A DNA stretch of 64,000 nucleotides from an uncultured delta proteobacterium (GTDB lineage Bacteria > Myxococcota_A > Polyangia > Fen-1088). Positions 9,793 through 19,806 of this stretch are shown here, piece after piece; position 1 is the stretch's first letter, and each line of letters starts with the position of its first letter. The notes beneath the pieces were generated by a model. The model did not search any database. It worked only from the letters and a program-made list of their open reading frames with translations, and was not told where the DNA came from. A program made the translations under genes and the position numbers. Location of the stretch: positions 1,088,001 through 1,152,000 of the forward strand of contig CAWCMR010000025.1 in assembly GCA_963796685.1 (NCBI GenBank). Direction: 5' to 3'.

Positions 9793-10776
9793 CTAGTCCG
9801 GCGTAGAAGGTCCACTCTTGGCGATGTCCTGCATTTCCTGTTGCTTGGCCACGGACACGAGCTCGTACCAGGCCAGCAGACTGCACATCACGAATCCGGG
9901 ATAGCCGTCCATGAACCCGCGCTCGACCAGATAGCTGTAGACAAAGCGCAGCCCCGGACGTCCCGGCAGCTTTCGGCTCATGCTTTTGAGCCATCGGCGA
10001 CGTTCGATCGCAGAACCGAACAGGTTGGGTTTGACCTCCCCAGCGTCGGCGGCCAGGGCAGCATGAGCCTCCCATGTGCTATAGCGATTGTGCTTCTCGA
10101 TCCAGGTCGCAAGATCAGGGTAGGCATAGTGCAGGAATTCGTGTTTGAGATGGCCGCAGCGCCCGGTCGAGACCTTCACGTGTTCGTGGACCTCGTTGTC
10201 GCCAGACCCCGTGTCGCCGAGATTCCCGATGCGCTCGTAGCGGCCGAGGGCGTGCTTGAAAAGACGCATATTCCACGATGGGTAGTAGCCGCAGCCCTTG
10301 ATCCAGCGCCCCATGAACATGAAGCGCCGGTTGATCCAGTAACCGTCGTTCGTGCCGGGCGATGCCGCGTTCGGGTCGCCCGAGCGCCCCGAGACGACAG
10401 CCTCTATCTCGCGGGCCAACTCGGGCGTCATGTGCTCGTCGGCATCCATGATGAGTACCCATTCATTCTTCCAGGAGACGCTTTCGAGTGCCCAGTTCTT
10501 TTTCTTCGGCCATCCCTCACTGGAGTAGTCGAACTGATGGATCTGGGCACTGAAAGCCTGCGCGATGGAGACGGTCGCGTCAGTAGAGTGGCTGTCCACG
10601 ACCACGATTTCGTTCGCCCAGGTGAGACGACGCAGGCATGCGGGGAGATTCCGCTCCTCGTTCTTGACCGGAACAAGCACCGACAATGCCACTGAATGAG
10701 GCGCAGGCCAATCGCCTGGGGGCATCTCGGAGTTGACGGACTTGGTATGGGTGGAAGGTTCTGGATGGTGCTGCAC
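9793..10776 (-). CDS. Glycosyltransferase family 2
   Basis: SVLVPVKNEE, VVDSHSTD, WVLIMDADE and EVHEH motifs; start position uncertain. Confidence 0.92.
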   Translation of the reverse strand: MQHHPEPSTHTKSVNSEMPPGDWPAPHSVALSVLVPVKNEERNLPACLRRLTWANEIVVVDSHSTDATVSIAQAFSAQIHQFDYSSEGWPKKKNWALESVSWKNEWVLIMDADEHMTPELAREIEAVVSGRSGDPNAASPGTNDGYWINRRFMFMGRWIKGCGYYPSWNMRLFKHALGRYERIGNLGDTGSGDNEVHEHVKVSTGRCGHLKHEFLHYAYPDLATWIEKHNRYSTWEAHAALAADAGEVKPNLFGSAIERRRWLKSMSRKLPGRPGLRFVYSYLVERGFMDGYPGFVMCSLLAWYELVSVAKQQEMQDIAKSGPSTPD

Positions 10777-10862
10777 GACGGTTGTCTCAACATATCACCG
10801 CGGGAACCCCAATGCCCACGCCAACCCCAGGGGCACCGTGAGAGTGGCACGGAGGAACCAGG

Positions 10863-12092
10863 TCACGCCGGCGCCGCAGCAAACAATCTTGCGAGCCCAC
10901 CCTCCCACTCCATCAGCGCCTGCGAACGCTGAAAGCGAGCGCTCCACAGATCGTGGGCGCGTTTGCCCATGTTGGCGACTTGGTCTGGGTGGCCAGCCAT
11001 CTGGCGAATCTCCGCCGCCAGTTCGGCAAATGCCCCAACCGCAAACGCCCGTCCGCAGTCGGCTTCGTCGAGCCGCTTGGCCATCTCGGACTTGGGATCC
11101 CCGATGAAAAGGACCGGTCGGCCAGCGGCCAGCGCCGAATAGAACTTGCTCGGGACGATCAATCCTTCAAGCTCGGGCTTCAAAGACACCAGGTGCACGT
11201 CGGGCACGGCCAAGCTTAGCGCCAACCGATCGAGGGGCTGGTAAGGCTGGAACGTGACGTTGCTCAGACCCAGCGCGGCCACGCGCGTTTCCACCCACGC
11301 GCGTTGGGCCCCGGCGCCGACGAACAGGAAGTGGACATCAGGCTGGTCGCGCAGCAAGGCCGCGGCATCCAGCACCGTGGCGAAGTCGTGGGAGCGACCG
11401 AAGTTGCCCGAGTAGCCCACCACGAGCTTGCGGCCGAGATTCCATTCCGCGCGCAACGGGTTTGCGACAGGCGACCCCATGGATGAGGCGGTTTCGGCCG
11501 GCGACCAGTTGTGGATGACTTCGATCTTCTCGGCCGCGATCCCCTCGGCGCGCAGGCGCGCGGCCATGCCTTCGCTGAGCACGACATTGGTGCGCGCGTG
11601 CTTGAGCGAGAGGTTGCGCAGGCGACGCAGCACCGGCGAGACAAGCGCGATGCCGGGAACCTTCAGGCTTTCCGCGATCTCGGGAAAGAGATCCTGCGTC
11701 CAGTTCACCAGGGTGGATCGCTTCAGCCATGTCACAAGAGCGCAGGGCACTGACAGCAGCGGTGGATCGGTTTCCGCGATGACCACCGTGCCGGAATCCG
11801 CGAGGGCCGCGAGCTTCGCGGTCGCGCTCAGGTAGAAGGTCAGGTAGTCGATGGCCCGCGGCACGAGCCGGCCGCGTCCGAAATGTGTGGTCCATACCCG
11901 GTACACGCGCACGCCGCGCACGGTCTCGCGTGCGGGCAAGAGCTGCGAGGAATTGTCGTAGAGCTGCCGGCTGGTGAGGACTTGGACGTCGAACCCTGCC
12001 TCGGCGAGATGGAAGGCGAGATCGCTCAGGATCTGGCTGGTTGCCGAATGATCGGGGTGGAAGAAGCGATTGACGAAAATCAGGCGAGGCAT
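10863..12092 (-). CDS. Glycosyltransferase family 4 (WcaI/WbuB-like)
   Basis: FVNRFFHPDHSATSQIL, YSGNFGRSH and VPSKFY motifs. Confidence 0.9.
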   Translation of the reverse strand: MPRLIFVNRFFHPDHSATSQILSDLAFHLAEAGFDVQVLTSRQLYDNSSQLLPARETVRGVRVYRVWTTHFGRGRLVPRAIDYLTFYLSATAKLAALADSGTVVIAETDPPLLSVPCALVTWLKRSTLVNWTQDLFPEIAESLKVPGIALVSPVLRRLRNLSLKHARTNVVLSEGMAARLRAEGIAAEKIEVIHNWSPAETASSMGSPVANPLRAEWNLGRKLVVGYSGNFGRSHDFATVLDAAALLRDQPDVHFLFVGAGAQRAWVETRVAALGLSNVTFQPYQPLDRLALSLAVPDVHLVSLKPELEGLIVPSKFYSALAAGRPVLFIGDPKSEMAKRLDEADCGRAFAVGAFAELAAEIRQMAGHPDQVANMGKRAHDLWSARFQRSQALMEWEGGLARLFAAAPA

Positions 12093-12197
12093 CGATCAGC
12101 TACCCCGCGACGATGGCCAGCCGTGGCTTTGGGCTGCCTTGTACCGGGCTACTCCCTGAGGGCAGTTGTTCGAACATGGCCGCAGCACACCTGTCTA

Positions 12198-15100
12198 TCA
12201 GACGAGCTCGCAGAGCGACTCGATGAAGCTCCGCGAGCCGTCGCGATCCCACCCGTCAAGTTGGGCGACTTCCTTGAGCTGCTGCCCGCGCTGGCGTGGA
12301 ACCAGGAAGAACTCGGTGGTGGCCTCGGGCAGCGATGTCATGTCACCCCAAAGCTTCTCGAACTGGGTGACCGGGAATATGTCCTCCTGCGCGTGACCCC
12401 AGCGCCGCTTGACTTCCTTGATGGTGATGTAGGTCGGCAGCCGGGCGGCGAGCGTGCGCACGGCTTCGAGCACGGTCTGTGGATCATTCAGGGTGTGGCG
12501 GGAGAGCCCAAACAAGGCCAGCAGGGGATCCAGGGAGATCCAGGTCGTAAGCGAGTTGTAATAGGTCAGCTTGGATTCGTCCTCCTCGCGCGGCAGTGCC
12601 AGGCCCTCGACAATCCGCAGGCGGTCAGCCACGCGCGCCAGGCCCCCGCCACGGTCGTCGAAGTGGCGCGCCGTGACCTCGAAGCTGAGCGCGACCCCGC
12701 TGGTGATGTGACGCCCGAGCCAGCGTGCATCCAGGCTGGCCCCCAGGGTATCGATATTGTGCAGCAACAGGTATTTCAGCTGAGGACGCTTGGCAAGCAA
12801 GTCTCTGAGGGTGCCATTGAGCAGAAGGTTGGGAATCTCATACCAGTGTCCGACAGGATGAACGCATTGTGCTGGCAAGTTCCCGCGATAGTCGCTTGCC
12901 TCGCCGGAGCTGGTCGCCCAGTCCAGCAGCGCATTGCGTGCGCTGTCGCGGACCTTCTGCTTTCGCGGTTCAAGTTGCTGCTGTTGCATATGCTCCCAGG
13001 CGAATTGCAGATCGACCACGGTCGGGATGAATCGAAGACCGATCGAGCGCCCGGGCGAAAGCAGCAACTCCCCGGGAAACCCATAGCGCTTCTCGCGCTC
13101 GAGCAGGTCCGTGACCGCCGAGTCGGTCAGGTGGCTGGTGGTGAACACGTGGGGCGGGATGCAACCGAAGATCGAGCCCGTGCGCCGCGTTTTGGCCAGG
13201 TGAACCTCGACAAAAGTTCGGAAGCGCCCCGCCAGCCGCGCGAATGGATGCGCGGCCTTCACGGTGCCCGCGCCCTGGGTCCAGCGGCTTCCCGCGCCGG
13301 CCGCGAGGGTGACCACCGCAACCTCGCCGCGCGCGATGGCTGCTTCGCCGGCGTGCTCGGCCGCGCTACCGATGTCGCTGCCGCGCACGACGTCCCCCGG
13401 CTGGACGTCCTCTATCAGCACATCAGCCGGCAGTCGGTTCTTGGCAAGACCTATGCGCCCTGCCTTGAGATCGGCGCGAATTCTCTCGTGCTGCGTCCGA
13501 TCGAATCCGCAGCGTTGCAACAACTCATCCAAGGACTCGGCATGGGATGCCAACTCGCCCCCGCTTGGTGGAAAGAGACGCTTTACCAGGGCCTGGCCGA
13601 CCTTGTCGGCATGCACGCCGCCCAGGTCACGGCGGGAGAAGGCATCGACCTCTTGACGACGCGCCTCGGAGAACAGGCGCGACCCCTGGTGCAGCCAGCG
13701 CGGCAGCATGTACAGGTAATAGTCCGAGGAGAGTATTGCGCTCGGACCACGCCGCAGCTCGCCGCATGTGCCCGTATCATTGATGGAAAATCGATAGACG
13801 ACCGGATCCATCGCAAAGGGCAGGCCCGACTCCAGACGTCGCTTCTCGCTATGCATGGTCTCGAGCATCCGCGCTTCGGCTTCGCGCTTCACCTTGGGAT
13901 CGAACACGAAACCCATACCGCCGCCAGACATGCCGCCCAGCATCCAGAAACCCCAGAAACGGTCGCCAAACATGGCTTTGGCCTGCTCGATGAGTCGCTC
14001 GGTGTAGTGGTTCGACACCCAGGGGATGATGCTCTGGAGCGGACCCTGGAAGTTCCGCGTGGTCAGACCGCCGAACGCCTTCAAATCGCCCTTGTGAAGA
14101 ACCTCGATGATGTCGCCGAAGATCTTCAAGAGTTCCTGGCGCGCCTCCCACTCGCGGTTGGTGCCAAGCAGGAACTTCTCGGTCACCATCTCGAGAATCG
14201 GGCCAACGTCGGCGGCCATTCCGCCGTGCACCATGACCAATGAATCGGAAAGCAGGTCGCGCACCCGTGGTTCCACGACGTCGGGGCCGAGCAGGGTGTG
14301 TTTCGGTAGCAAGCGCCCACGGCTGGAACCGTATTCGACATCGCCGGGTGAAGCCGGCACGCCCTCGATGAGCTTGATTCCGGGCCACAAGCCGCCGCTG
14401 TCTTGCCAGCCTCCGCCGGAGCCACCCAGCCACTCGCCGAGAATGGACCGCGCGGCCACGATGCGGCGTTCGGGCTCGGTCAGCGCCCCGGTGAAAGACG
14501 CCACCTGTGCGGTGGCGCGCATGCACACGGAGATCAGCGAGCCGAGCAGGTTGGTCGACACGGCCAGACGGCTGCCTTTGGGAATGGCGTTGACCTGGCT
14601 GACCAGCTCTAGTCCGAGACCCGGACCCATCATCTGCTCGAAGAAGAAGCGACAGGGGTTGCCCCGAGCCCTCGAGGCCGGGTGGCACCAGGCCCGCGGC
14701 GATGACCGCGGCCTTGAGCAGTCCCAGGTAGTCCCGTCCGTAGTCGAATACCTCCGACACCTCGGTCAGCTCGACGGCGGCGCCGAGATCCACACTGACC
14801 AGACGCAGGACCGGCTGATCGATGGCGCGCAGAAAGCAGGTGATGGGGGGAGCGGTCCGATCGTCTCGGCCGTACACCGCGAGGTCGATCGAAACATTCA
14901 GGACGCGCGCGCCCTCGGGATAGTCCATGCCGAGAAAGAAGATGTCGCTCCAGCCGCTGTGGCTGAGATCCATGCGCACCGGCGTGCGCTCGACCAGCAG
15001 CGGGAAGAACCCATCGGCATCCTTGGCCAGAAGCTCGCGGCGCAGCCGCAGCGGTTGGTCCAGCCCGTGGGTGGTGCGGAACATCCATTGATTGCCGGGC

Positions 15101-15543
15101 AGCGAGCGAACGGAGGTTTGCACCTGCTCGGCCAAGTACTGAAAACCGAGCCCGTGGCAGGCAACCGACAGCGCGCTCGCCAGAGGGTCGCAGAGCTGGT
15201 CCGCGTTCGCCGCGGACAAGAACACGCTGACGGCCTCGCGAAAGCGACGCTCGAGCACCAGCCGATACCCCTCGTAAGGAATCCGTCCGGTGCCAGGCAG
15301 CTCTGGCCGCGCAGGCAAGACGAAGCGATAGATGGAATGGAGCTGCAACAAGGCCCGCACCCGCTGGTAGGTATTGGTAGTGGCGGCGTCGGCGAACGCG
15401 TGCAGCGCCTTGGTCGCATCGAGGATCTCCCCGAAGCTGGACTGCGCGCAATAGCGCTCGAGCATCCCGACCTTGGACTCTTGCGACGGATCGGCGATCG
15501 CCGCCACAAGTGGATGGCTTGAAAGGTTGCGCATGGAAATCAT
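12198..15543 (-). CDS. GHMP (fucokinase-like) sugar kinase fused to a UDP-sugar pyrophosphorylase; +1 frameshift near 14641
   Basis: Two ORFs join: PVRMDLSHSGWSD, PKGSRLAVS, SGGGWQD, GGMSGGG (kinase) and TLAAGAGSRW, PVGH, HNIDTLGA, QFEKLWGD (UDPGP family); about 1110 aa. Confidence 0.82.
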
Positions 15544-15561
15544 CGGGCCGTTCAGCCTGCC

Positions 15562-16419
15562 TCAGACGCGCTGGGCCTCGGCTACTTCTTCCAGGATCAA
15601 TCGCAGGATCTCATCTCGGTGGGGACCGTGCATGGCCAGCGCCAATTGCGCGCGCAGGAGCCCGAACCTGCCCTCCAGATCCACGCGGTGGCCATGCACC
15701 TCGAGCGCCAGGTACTTTTGACGAGCGGCCAAGAGCGCCAGGGACTCCGAAACTCCGAGCGTGGCGCCCGGCGGGAGCGTGCTCTGGCAGTCGCGCAGCT
15801 GATCGAAGATGGCCGGCGTCAGCGCGTGCACGCCAAAGAAGGCGAGGTACTTTCCCCGGCGCACCCCGGGCACCACACAATGCTCCTCGGCCACCGTGGG
15901 CGTCGGCTTTTCGAGCACCTTGCTTACCTCGTAGAGGTCGTCGCTGCCCTTCACCCGCCGACCCCCGACCACGCCGAAATAGGGAAGCTCGCTCTCGTTG
16001 GTCGCTTGAACCCCCGATACCGAGCAGTTTTCGCGCACGGCGATCTCGAGCAATTGGCGGGTAGAGGAGGGGTTCGGATAGGTGACGAAGATGTGGTCGC
16101 AAACCTGCGTGACGAATGGCTCGTGCCCAACCCAGCTTTCCGCGCACAGGATGGCGTGGCCGAATCCCAGGGGCTCGGGCTGTTCGATCAGCACGATCGA
16201 AGAGCCGAATCTCGCCAGCAACTGGGCGACCAAGCTGGCTGCCCCGGGCATGGTCACGAGCGCCACCTGCTCGATTCCCGCGCCCAGCAGCTCTTCGATG
16301 TGAAGCTCGACCACGTGCTGCGTGCGGCCGCTGCCGGTGGTAATGAGCTGAAGAGGCAGATCGCGGTGCGATGCACCGGCCATGGGGATGACTGCTTTGG
16401 TAAACGTCGTTCGTGACAA
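15562..16419 (-). CDS. GalU-like nucleotidyltransferase with atypical N-terminal motif
   Basis: KAVIPMAG, QPEPLGFGHAILCA and VLEKP motifs; lacks the canonical GxGTR. Confidence 0.75.
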   Translation of the reverse strand: MSRTTFTKAVIPMAGASHRDLPLQLITTGSGRTQHVVELHIEELLGAGIEQVALVTMPGAASLVAQLLARFGSSIVLIEQPEPLGFGHAILCAESWVGHEPFVTQVCDHIFVTYPNPSSTRQLLEIAVRENCSVSGVQATNESELPYFGVVGGRRVKGSDDLYEVSKVLEKPTPTVAEEHCVVPGVRRGKYLAFFGVHALTPAIFDQLRDCQSTLPPGATLGVSESLALLAARQKYLALEVHGHRVDLEGRFGLLRAQLALAMHGPHRDEILRLILEEVAEAQRV

Positions 16420-16755
16420 GGCTCTGCTCCGCGGTTCGTACCGCCGACGCGGCGCGAGCTTACTACAGGAGCCCCCCTACGGGATGATCTTCCGGAAAGA
16501 AGGACCACGTCATCTGCATTGTGGCTTCAACGAAAAGCGTCCTACGCTGGCCTTCTCGGCACGGGGTCGTGGCGCGCGGCTCGTCCGTGTAGTCGGGGCG
16601 GAACTGTCCGGGCGCCCGGACAGTTCGAGTGCCGTCGAATCGACGTATGGGACGTGCTTGACCGTCACGTTGTACAGGGTCAAGACCAAGTACCGGATGG
16701 CCGCTAGAAAGTCATGCCGTGCACCCGGGTGCTGGCGCTGGGGGGCCAAGGAGAA

Positions 16756-16810
16756 TCCGACTTCTTGGGCGCCGAGCTTGAGGGTCGCGGCAACCTTCGC
16801 GCGAATCCAC
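16756..16810. repeat. 55-bp direct repeat of an internal segment of gene 18670-19410
   Basis: 52/55 identical to 19228-19282. Confidence 0.9.
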
Positions 16811-16913
16811 CTCCCAGGTGGTGGGAGGGCCGTCCCTACCGGGGCGTAGGTTGCGCGTTTGGTGCGTCCTGGTAGGCTAGACGCAGAGGCAGGCGGACAA
16901 GGCAAGGAGCGAG

Positions 16914-17129
16914 ATGATGGCTAGCGACAAAGCCGAGAAGATACGAGGGCTCGAACGGGAGCTCTATCTCCAAAAGAGCGGGTGCGCTTCTCGTGAGATG
17001 GACGTGCCACGCATCCTTCCGGCCGGTTCGGCTGACCTGGCGGCATGGCGGCAGCTCATTGATGCGATCGGCAAGGCGTCTACCGGCGGGCACGCTGTCG
17101 CTGACGTTCGCGCCGAGAGACGGAGATGA
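16914..17129 (+). CDS. Putative antitoxin of the PIN toxin
   Basis: 71 aa, ends DVRAERRR, ATGA overlap with the PIN gene. Confidence 0.65.
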   Translation: MMASDKAEKIRGLERELYLQKSGCASREMDVPRILPAGSADLAAWRQLIDAIGKASTGGHAVADVRAERRR

Positions 17130-17554
17130 AGCTCGTCGTCGACAGCAACATCTTCATCGGTGGACTGGACCCCAAGGACGCTCTACACCAGGAATGCCTA
17201 CCGGTCGTCGAACGCATCGTGACCGGCGAGATCGAGGCGCTCTGTCCAGTCCTTGTCCTGGCCGAGACCACTTGTGCTTTTCGTCGCCGGACGACGGTCG
17301 ACTTGGCCTTCAACGTCAAGGAGGCACTGGCGCGGCTGCCCTCCATTCTCTGGCTCGATATCAACACGGACGTGGCCGAACGGGCCTGCGTTCTCGGAAT
17401 TCAGACAAGGTTGCGCGGCGCAGACGCGCTGGTGCTGCAGGTAGCGGAGCAGTACGGTGTTCCGCTGGTCACCATGGATCGAGAGATCCACGACAAGGCA
17501 CCCGGCGGCATCTTCGTACTCGAGCCGCGAGACGTTCTGGCACGGCTGTCTTGA
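17126..17554 (+). CDS. vapC: PIN-domain VapC-family toxin
   Basis: VVDSNIF, LAE, LRGADAL and LVTMD acidic tetrad. Confidence 0.88.
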   Translation: MKLVVDSNIFIGGLDPKDALHQECLPVVERIVTGEIEALCPVLVLAETTCAFRRRTTVDLAFNVKEALARLPSILWLDINTDVAERACVLGIQTRLRGADALVLQVAEQYGVPLVTMDREIHDKAPGGIFVLEPRDVLARLS

Positions 17555-17677
17555 ACCGAGGCAGGTCAACAACGTCGCTACGCGGGGCGAGGGGGCCGTT
17601 CGGAGATCCAACAGTCGAGGCCTTCTGACCCAGTCTAAGTTGGAGGACAATCCCCAGTTGCTCGCCAGGGGAAAGTC

Positions 17678-18127
17678 TTGCATCCTGAATTCGTGAAGGC
17701 TGCTGGCTCTGAGCTCGTGAACAAGCTGGCCGGGGTACTGGCCGGCCGGGCGGAGATCTTGGAAGCTTATCTCTTCGGCTCGCAGGCACGGGGGACGGCG
17801 CAGGCCCACAGCGACGTCGACGTGGCAGTGTACGTCGACCCCGCGACCGACATGGACCGAGGATTCGGGATAGATGCAGAGATTTCGGCCGACCTGATGA
17901 GTGTCCTCGGCCGCAACGATGTCGACGTCGTGATGCTCAACCGCGCCGATCCTGTGCTGTACCACAGGGTTCTTCGCGATGGTGTCCGCCTACTCGTTCG
18001 GGATCCGAAAGGCACCGCTGGCCGCGAGGGGTACGCCCTGTCTCGCTACTTCGACTTCTTGCCACAGCTCGAAAAGATTCGCGTAGCCACGGACGGCCGG
18101 GCGGCGCGAGGACAGTTCGGCCGATGA
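17678..18127 (+). CDS. mntA: Minimal nucleotidyltransferase antitoxin (MntA family, type VII TA)
   Basis: YLFGSQARG...SDVDVAV and VDVVMLN motifs. Confidence 0.88.
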   Translation: MHPEFVKAAGSELVNKLAGVLAGRAEILEAYLFGSQARGTAQAHSDVDVAVYVDPATDMDRGFGIDAEISADLMSVLGRNDVDVVMLNRADPVLYHRVLRDGVRLLVRDPKGTAGREGYALSRYFDFLPQLEKIRVATDGRAARGQFGR

Positions 18128-18555
18128 CGCCAGCGCGGCGAGACGAGCAGCTCGTCAGGAGGCACTTGGAAGCGTTGGACGGCGCTCTCGCCCAGCTCCG
18201 CCGGCACGCGGGCCATCCGCTTGCTCTGCTCAACACCAGCCTCGACGAGCAATGGGCAGTCGAACGCGGCCTGCAGGTTTGCGCCCAAAATTGCATAGAC
18301 ATCGCCACCCACCTCGCGGCCAGCGCGGGTCATAGCCCGACCGACTACGCTTCGGCAATCGACTCCTTGGTTCCCATGAAGATCCTCGATCCGGCTTTCT
18401 CCGCCCGATTCCGCACAGTCGCCGGCTTCCGCAATCTCCTCGTTCACGGCTACCTCGAAGTCGATCTGTCCCGCCTACACAGACTGCTGAATGAGCGCCT
18501 GGAGGATTTCGCCGAGTTCGCCGCGCGCATTCGCGATGCCCTGCGTGAAGAGTAG
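18124..18555 (+). CDS. hepT: HEPN/DUF86 ribonuclease toxin (HepT family)
   Basis: AVERGLQ...IDIA and GFRNLLVHGY (Rx4HxY); overlaps mntA. Confidence 0.88.
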   Translation: MTPARRDEQLVRRHLEALDGALAQLRRHAGHPLALLNTSLDEQWAVERGLQVCAQNCIDIATHLAASAGHSPTDYASAIDSLVPMKILDPAFSARFRTVAGFRNLLVHGYLEVDLSRLHRLLNERLEDFAEFAARIRDALREE

Positions 18556-18669
18556 CCGTGAGCGGGCGATGGGCAGCCACGTCCCCGCGACCGGCGGCGT
18601 CAGCGTCGGCTCGCCGCGCCCCTTGGAGCCATCTTCTTTGCGGTGATGTGCAGCTAGGAAACTGTTCGG

Positions 18670-19410
18670 TCACATCTTCTTGAGCTTGCTGACCAGATCC
18701 TTCAGCTTCTCGATAAGCTCCTCGGCGGATTCCAGGGCGTCCTTCCTCTGCTCGTCATCCAGTTCCTCGACCTGGGCCTTGGTAAAGGATCTCCTTCCCG
18801 CTTCCAGCGTGAAAAGCCTGAGCGAGCGGCCCAAGGTCTTGACGATAAGCGGCATCGCCGGCCGTCCTCCCCGCGAATCATCCTTCGGCATCTTCGCGCG
18901 CTCCTCGGCCACCGCCTGCCGCAGCTCGCGGAAAGACAGGTCCTTGGCCACCGCGTGTTTCGCGACCTTCTCGACCTTGGTCGGATCCATCAGCGGCAAG
19001 AGCGTTTCCTGGTACGAAGGGGGAAGCTCGCGGAAGGCTGTGGCGCCATCGGGAAGTTGCCGGAGGATCAAGGCGACACCCACGGCGTTGTTCAGCCAGG
19101 TTTTGGAGACCGGAAGCTCTGGAGTTCCGCATCTTTCGGCGAGGGCCCGAAACGACGCATCCTTGTTGGGATTCTTCGATTTGGCGAGAGCGGGGTCGCC
19201 ACGGAAGAATGTGCCGAGCACGTACTCTCCGACTTCTTGAGCGCCGAGCTTGAGGGTCGCGGCAACCTTCGCGCTGATCCACTTCGCTGCCTGATCGACG
19301 AGCTCTTCGTCCACGACTCCCCGAAGCGCCGGCACAGGTTTAGAGCTGTCCGGCACAAGCTCGCGGGGTTCCCTGTTCTTCACTTGGTTGCTTTTGCTGG
19401 CCGATTCCAT
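18670..19410 (-). CDS. Hypothetical protein with a ParB-like helical/HTH region, no N-terminal CTPase domain seen
   Basis: About 246 aa; SFRALAER...SKTWLNNAV...QETLLPL...LSFRELRQAV pattern. Confidence 0.55.
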   Translation of the reverse strand: MESASKSNQVKNREPRELVPDSSKPVPALRGVVDEELVDQAAKWISAKVAATLKLGAQEVGEYVLGTFFRGDPALAKSKNPNKDASFRALAERCGTPELPVSKTWLNNAVGVALILRQLPDGATAFRELPPSYQETLLPLMDPTKVEKVAKHAVAKDLSFRELRQAVAEERAKMPKDDSRGGRPAMPLIVKTLGRSLRLFTLEAGRRSFTKAQVEELDDEQRKDALESAEELIEKLKDLVSKLKKM

Positions 19411-19473
19411 GTTGGCTAACCTAACCATACTTTACCGCAAACCTCATCGCCAATTGGGCCGATCCGCGAGCTC

Positions 19474-19501
19474 GGAGGGCGGGTTTCAAACCCGCCCCTA
19501 C
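19474..19501 (-). repeat. GTAG-type REP palindrome
   Basis: Minus strand GTAGGGGCGGGTTTGAAACCCGCCC; related copy at 45308-45336. Confidence 0.7.
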
Positions 19502-19806
19502 CCCCCCGCCTCGAGGACGCCGAGAGCGCGTCGAATTTCCCGCCGAAGGATTTCGCGCTGGCGTTTCCGAGGCCCTCGACTTCCCACGCCCGCCCGGACG
19601 CGGGGCGAGGGGACTGGAGCGCGAGACATCGGGGCGGGAACGGTCGCAGATGCCGGGCTTCGCCTGCTGGACTGGTCTGCCCCGCTGGCTGGCACGCCCA
19701 GAATCAGCGACGTTGCCCCCAGTAGGCCGGCCTACGGCTGTGGGCAAGGCGAGGAGGGACGGGCTCAAACGGGCAACGCCGCGCAGCCAGGGTTTCTGCC
19801 GAGCAA

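Noticed and set aside
11883-14243. Long + strand ORFs (786 aa here, also 32545-34548 and 35325-36782)
   Set aside because: Antisense shadows of real genes in high-GC DNA, with no recognisable motifs
16640-16720. Possible tyrosine-integrase N-terminal remnant (AAIRYLVLTLYNVTVK)
   Set aside because: Similarity is too short and weak to support
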